A stretch of DNA of 64,000 nucleotides from the human T2T-CHM13v2.0 reference genome, Homo sapiens. Positions 58,972-64,000 of the stretch are shown one piece after another (position 1 is the stretch's first letter; every line of letters begins with the position of its first letter). The notes beneath the pieces were generated by a model. The model did no database searches and was not told where the DNA came from. It saw only the letters and a list, made by a program, of their open reading frames with translations. The translations under genes were made by a program, and so were the position numbers. Location: NCBI RefSeq assembly GCF_009914755.1, contig NC_060947.1; one strand, 5' to 3'.

Positions 58972-59660
58972 TTTTTAAAATTTAACTTTTATTTAAGTTC
59001 AGAGGTACATGTGCAGGTTTGTTAAACAGGTACACTTGTGTCATGAGAGTTTGTTTTACAGATTATTTTGTCAATCAGATAATAAGCCTAGTACCTATTA
59101 GTTATTTTTCCTGATCCTCTCCCTCCTCCCACCGTTCATGCTGAAGTAGGCCCCAGTGTCTGTTGTTCCCCCCATGTGTCCATGTGTTCTCATCATTTAG
59201 CTCCCACTTGTAAGTGAGAACATGTGGTATTTAGTTTTCTATTCCTGAGTTAGTTTGCTAAGGATAATGGCTTCCAGCTCCACCCATATTCCTGCAAAGG
59301 ATATAATCTTGTCCTTTTTTATGACTGCATAGTACACCATGGTGTATATGTACCACATTTTCTTTATCCAGTCTACCACTGATGGGCATTTAGGTTGATT
59401 CCATGTCTTTACTATTGTGAATAGTGCTGCAATGAAAATACCTCTGCATGTGTCTTTATGTCTTTATGACAGAACAATTTATACTCCTTTGAGTACATAC
59501 CCAGTAATGGGATTGCTGGGTCGAAAGGTATTTCTGTTTTTAGGTCTTTGAGTAATCGCCACACTGTTTTCCACAATAGTTAAACTAGTTTACACTCCCA
59601 ACAACAGTGTATAAGCATTCCTTTTTCTCCTCAACCTTGCCATATCTGTTATTTTTGATG
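58972..59660 (-). mobile_element. Old L1PA 3' fragment nested in the L1MA
   Basis: New T-rich tail, then tttaagttcagaggtacatgtgcagg and the antisense L1 3'UTR. Confidence 0.85.
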
Positions 59661-60017
59661 TTTTTTAAAATTATTATTCCTATAGGTTTTTGGGGATCAG
59701 ACTGTGTTTGGTAACATGGATAAATTCTTTAGATGTGATTTCTGAGATTTCAGTGCACCCATCAACGCAGCAGTGCACACTGCACCCAATGTGTAGTCTT
59801 TTATTCTTTATTCCACTCCCTCCCTTCCCCTAGAGTCCATTATGTCCTTCTTATCCCTTTGCATACTCATAGCTTAGCTCCCACTTATAAGTGAGAATAT
59901 ATGATGTTTGGTTTTCCATTCCTGAGTTACTTCACTTACAGTAATAACCTTCAACTCCATCTAGGTTGCTGTGGATGCCATTATTCCGTTCCTTTTTATG
60001 GCTGAGTAATATTCCAT

Positions 60018-60053
<36 letters not shown>

Positions 60054-60722
60054 TATTATATATATGTATACATATAATATATATGTATATATATACACAC
60101 ATATATACATATATACATATAATATACATATGTATATATAATATATATAGTATATAATATATACATATATAATATATAATATATACATATATAATATATA
60201 CAGATATAATATATAATATATAATATATATTATATATACATATAATATATAATATATATTATATATACATATAATATATATAATATACATATATATTATA
60301 TATACATATAATATATATATAATATACATGTATATTATATATACATATAATATATAATATACATGTATATTATATATACATATAATATATATAATATACA
60401 TGTATATTATATATACATATAATATATAATATATAATATATACATATAATATATATAATATACATGTATATTATATATACATATAATATATAATATATAA
60501 TATATACATATTATATATATTATATATCCATATATAATATATACATATTATATATATTATATATCCATATATAATATATCCATATATAATATATACATAT
60601 TATATACATAATATATCCATATATAATATATACATATTATATATATATTATATATCCATATATAATATATATTACATATATATAATATATACATATATAA
60701 TATATATACACATATATATATG
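60018..60722. repeat. ~700-bp AT-rich (TA/TATAA/TACA) micro-/minisatellite
   Basis: Near-pure A/T tract with recurring atatacatgtatattatatatacatataat units. Confidence 0.95.
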
Positions 60723-61107
60723 TCACATTTTCTTAATCCACTTAATCCACTCATTGGTTGATGGGCATTTACTTTAGTTCCACATTTTTTCAATTGCAAA
60801 TTGTGCTGCTATAAACATGTGCATGCAAGTGTCTTTTTTCATATGATGACTTCTTTTCTCTGGGTAGATACCCAGTAGTGGGATTGCTGCATCACATGGT
60901 AGTTTTTTAGTTCTTTAAGGAATCTCCATACTGTTTTCTATAGTGGTTGTAGTAGTTTACATTCCTACCAGCAGTGTAAAGGTATTCCCTTTTCAGCACA
61001 TTCATGCCGACATTTATTATTTCTTTGATTTTTAAATTATGGCCATTCTTGAAGGAGTGAGGTGGTATCACATTGTGCTTTTGATTTGCATTTCCCTGAT
61101 TATTAGT

Positions 61108-61468
61108 TGTATTAGACTGCTTTCATGCAGCTGATAAAGACATACCCAAAACTGGGAAGAAAAGAGGTTTAATTGCACTTACAGTTTGGGATGGCTGGGA
61201 AGGCTTCAGAATCATGGCAGGAGGTGAAATGCACTTCTTACATGGTGGGAGCAAGAGAAAATGAGAGAAAAAGCAAAAGCAGAAACCCCTGATAAACCCA
61301 TCAGATCTTGTGAGACTTTCACTATCACGAGAATAGCACGGGAAAGACTGGCCCCCATGATTCAATTACCTCCCTCTGGGTCTCTTCCACAACATGTACA
61401 ACATGTGGGAATTCTGGGAGATACAATTCAAGTTGAAATTTGGTTGGGGACACAGCCAAACCATATCA
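61108..61468 (-). mobile_element. THE1B-type solo LTR inserted in the L1PB
   Basis: tgtattag...cagccaaaccatatca with perfect 5-bp TSD TTAGT at 61103-07/61469-73. Confidence 0.9.
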
Positions 61469-64000
61469 TTAGTGATGATGGGCATTTTTCATGTCTGTTG
61501 GCCATTTGGATATCTTCTTTTGAGAATTGTTTATTCATGCCCTTAGCTCACTTTTTGATGGGATTTTTTTTTCTTGCTGATTTTTTTGAGTTCCTTGTAG
61601 ATTCCAGACATTAGTCTTTTGTTGGATGCATAGTTGCAAAGATTTTCTCCCACTCTGGGAGTTGTTTGCTTACTCTGCTGATTATTATTATTATTTTTTG
61701 CTGTGCAGAAGCTTTTTAATTTAATTAAGTCCCATCTATTTATCTTAGTTTTTGTTGCATTTGCTTTTGGGTTCTTAGTCATAAAGTCTTTGCCTAAGCC
61801 AATGTCTAGAAGAGTTTTTTCAATGTTATCTTCTATAATTTTTATGCCTTCTGGTTTTAGATTTAAGTCTTTCATTCATCTTGAGTTGATTTTTGTATAG
61901 GCTGAGAGATGAGGATCTGGTTTCATTATTCTATAAGTGGCTTGCCAATTATCCCAGCACAACTTGTTAAATAGGGTATTCTTTCCCTACTTCATATTTT
62001 TGTTTGGTTTGTCAAAGATCAGTTGGCTGTAAGTATTTTGTTTTACTTCTGGGTTCTCTATTCTGTTCCATTTTTCTATGTGTGTATTTTTATACCAGTG
62101 CCATGCTGTTTTGGTGACTACAGCCTTATAGTATAGTTTGAAGTTGGGTAATGTGATGCCTCCAGATTTGTTCTTTTTGTTTCGTCTTGCTTTGGCTATG
62201 CGGGCTGTGTTTTGGTTCCATGTAAATTTTAGAATTGTTTCTTCTAGTTTTGTGAAGACTGATGATAGTATTTTGATGGAAATTGCAGTGAATTTGTAGA
62301 TCGCTTTTGGCAGCATGGTCATTTTTACAGTATTGATTCCATTCATCCATGAGCATGGGGTATGTTTTCATTTGTTTGTGTTGTCTATTATTTATTTCAG
62401 CAGTGTTTTGTAGTTTTCCTTGTAGAGGTCTTTCACCTCCTTGGTTATGTCTGTTCCTAAGGATTTTATTTTATTTTTTGCAGCTATTGTAAAAGGGATC
62501 GAGTTCCTGATTTGATTCTCAGCTTGGTCACTGTTGGTGTATAGCAGTGCCCCTGATTTGTGTACGTTAATTTTGTATCCTGAAACTTTACTAAATTCAT
62601 TTGTAGAATTAAGGAGCTTTTTAGATGAGTCTGTAGGGTTTTCTAGGTATACGATCATATCATCAGCAAATAGCGACATTTTGACTTCCCCTTTAGCAAT
62701 TTGGATGGCCTTTATTTTTTTCTCTTGTCTGATTCCTCTGGCTAGGACTTCCAGTACTATGTTAAATAGAAGTGGTGAAAGTGACAGCTTTGTCTTGTTC
62801 AAGTTCTCAGGGGGAGTGTTTTCAACTTTTCCCTGTTCAGTATAATGTTGGCTATGGGTTTGTCATACATGGCTTATGTTACCTTAAGGTAAGTCTCTTC
62901 TGTACCAGTTTTGCTGAGGGTTTTAATCATTAAGTGATGCTGGATTTTGTCAAATCCTTATTGTGCATCTATTGAGATGATCATGTGATTTTTGTTTGTA
63001 ATTCTGTTTATGTAGTATATGACATTTACTGACTTACATATGTTAAACCATCCATGCATTTCTGGTAGGAAGCTCTCTTGATCATGGTGGATTATCTTTT
63101 TTGGATATGCTGTTGGATTCCATTTGCTAAAATTTTGTTGAGGATTTTTGCATCTATGGTAATCAGGGATATTGGTCTGTAGCTTTTTTTTATGTCCTCT
63201 GGTTTTGGTATTAGGGTGATACTGGCTTCATAGAATGATTTAGGGAGTATTCCCTCTTTCTCAATCTTTTGGAATAGTTTCAGTAGGATTGGTACCTATG
63301 CTTCTTTGAATATCTGATAGAATTCAGCTGTGAATCCCTCTGGTCCTGGACTTATTTTTGTTGAAAATATTTTATTACCATTCAAGCTTCTTGGAGGCTT
63401 TGTTCATTTTATTTTTTTAATTCTTTCTTTGTCTTTGTCAGGTTGGGTTAATATGAAAGCCTTGTCCTCAAGCTCTGAAGGTCTTTCTTCTACTTGTTCA
63501 ATTTTATTGTTGAAACTTTCCAGTTTAGTTAGCATTTCTCTAAGTGTGGCTTTCATTGCCAGAAATTGCGATTGTTTTTTATTTATGCTATATATTTCTC
63601 TAAAGATTTTTTATATTCTTATCCTGTATTATTATTTTATTTTCTTTAATTTGGTTTTTGCCTTTCTCTGGTGCCTCCTTGAGTAGCTTAATAATCAGCC
63701 TTCTGAATTCTTACTGACAATTCAGAGATTTCTTCTGAGTTTGGATCTATTACTGGTGAGCTAGTGTGATCTTTTGAGGGTGTTAAAGAACCTTCCTTTT
63801 CCGTATTACCAGAGATGTTTTTCTGGTTCCTTCTCTCTTCTCATTGGGTAGGCCATGTCAGAAGAAAGATATAGGGCTCAAGGGCTGATGTTCAGATTAT
63901 TTTGTCCCACAGGGTGATTCCTTGATGTGGTGCTCTCCCCATTTGCCTAGGGATGGGGCTTCCTGAGATCCAGACTGCAGTGATGGTTATTGCTCTTCTG

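Larger units (their letters stand above)
59660..64000 (-). mobile_element. L1PB-type element with 3'UTR, ORF2 RT/C-terminus, an internal deletion and ORF1/5' remnants
   Basis: Minus-strand ORFs 61543-62802 carry [28 protein letters not shown] and [15 protein letters not shown]; third T-rich tail at ~59660. Confidence 0.88.

Noticed and set aside
59932-60799. Tyr/Ile-rich ORFs
   Set aside because: Translations of the TA-rich satellite.

Overview
Primate, most likely human, X-chromosome DNA (Xq11) spanning the 5' end of ARHGEF9 (collybistin) on the minus strand. The first coding exon (MQWIRGGSGM, 24390-24419) lies in a CpG island, and the MIR1468 hairpin is ~0.9 kb upstream (25276-25361). Positions 1-24389 are intronic and contain a BTF3 processed pseudogene. 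The rest is dense in repeats: a full-length L1PA7-like element, several 5'-truncated L1s, two full THE1/MaLR proviruses, solo LTRs, three Alus, DNA transposons, and L2/MIR. Nearly all ORFs in the supplied track are spurious or L1/LTR-derived. I found no new protein-coding system. The best leads are a GA->AA hypermutated (APOBEC3-type) THE1 provirus with an unedited sibling 6 kb away, a 179-bp templated insertion copied from 3.3 kb away, an L1 3' transduction, a 'tail-only' retro-insertion, and an RFX/X-box cluster with a splice donor at ~48.5 kb that could be the distal promoter of a MIR1468/ARHGEF9 host transcript. Gene and family names come from recall of the sequences, not from a database search, and repeat subfamily calls are approximate.
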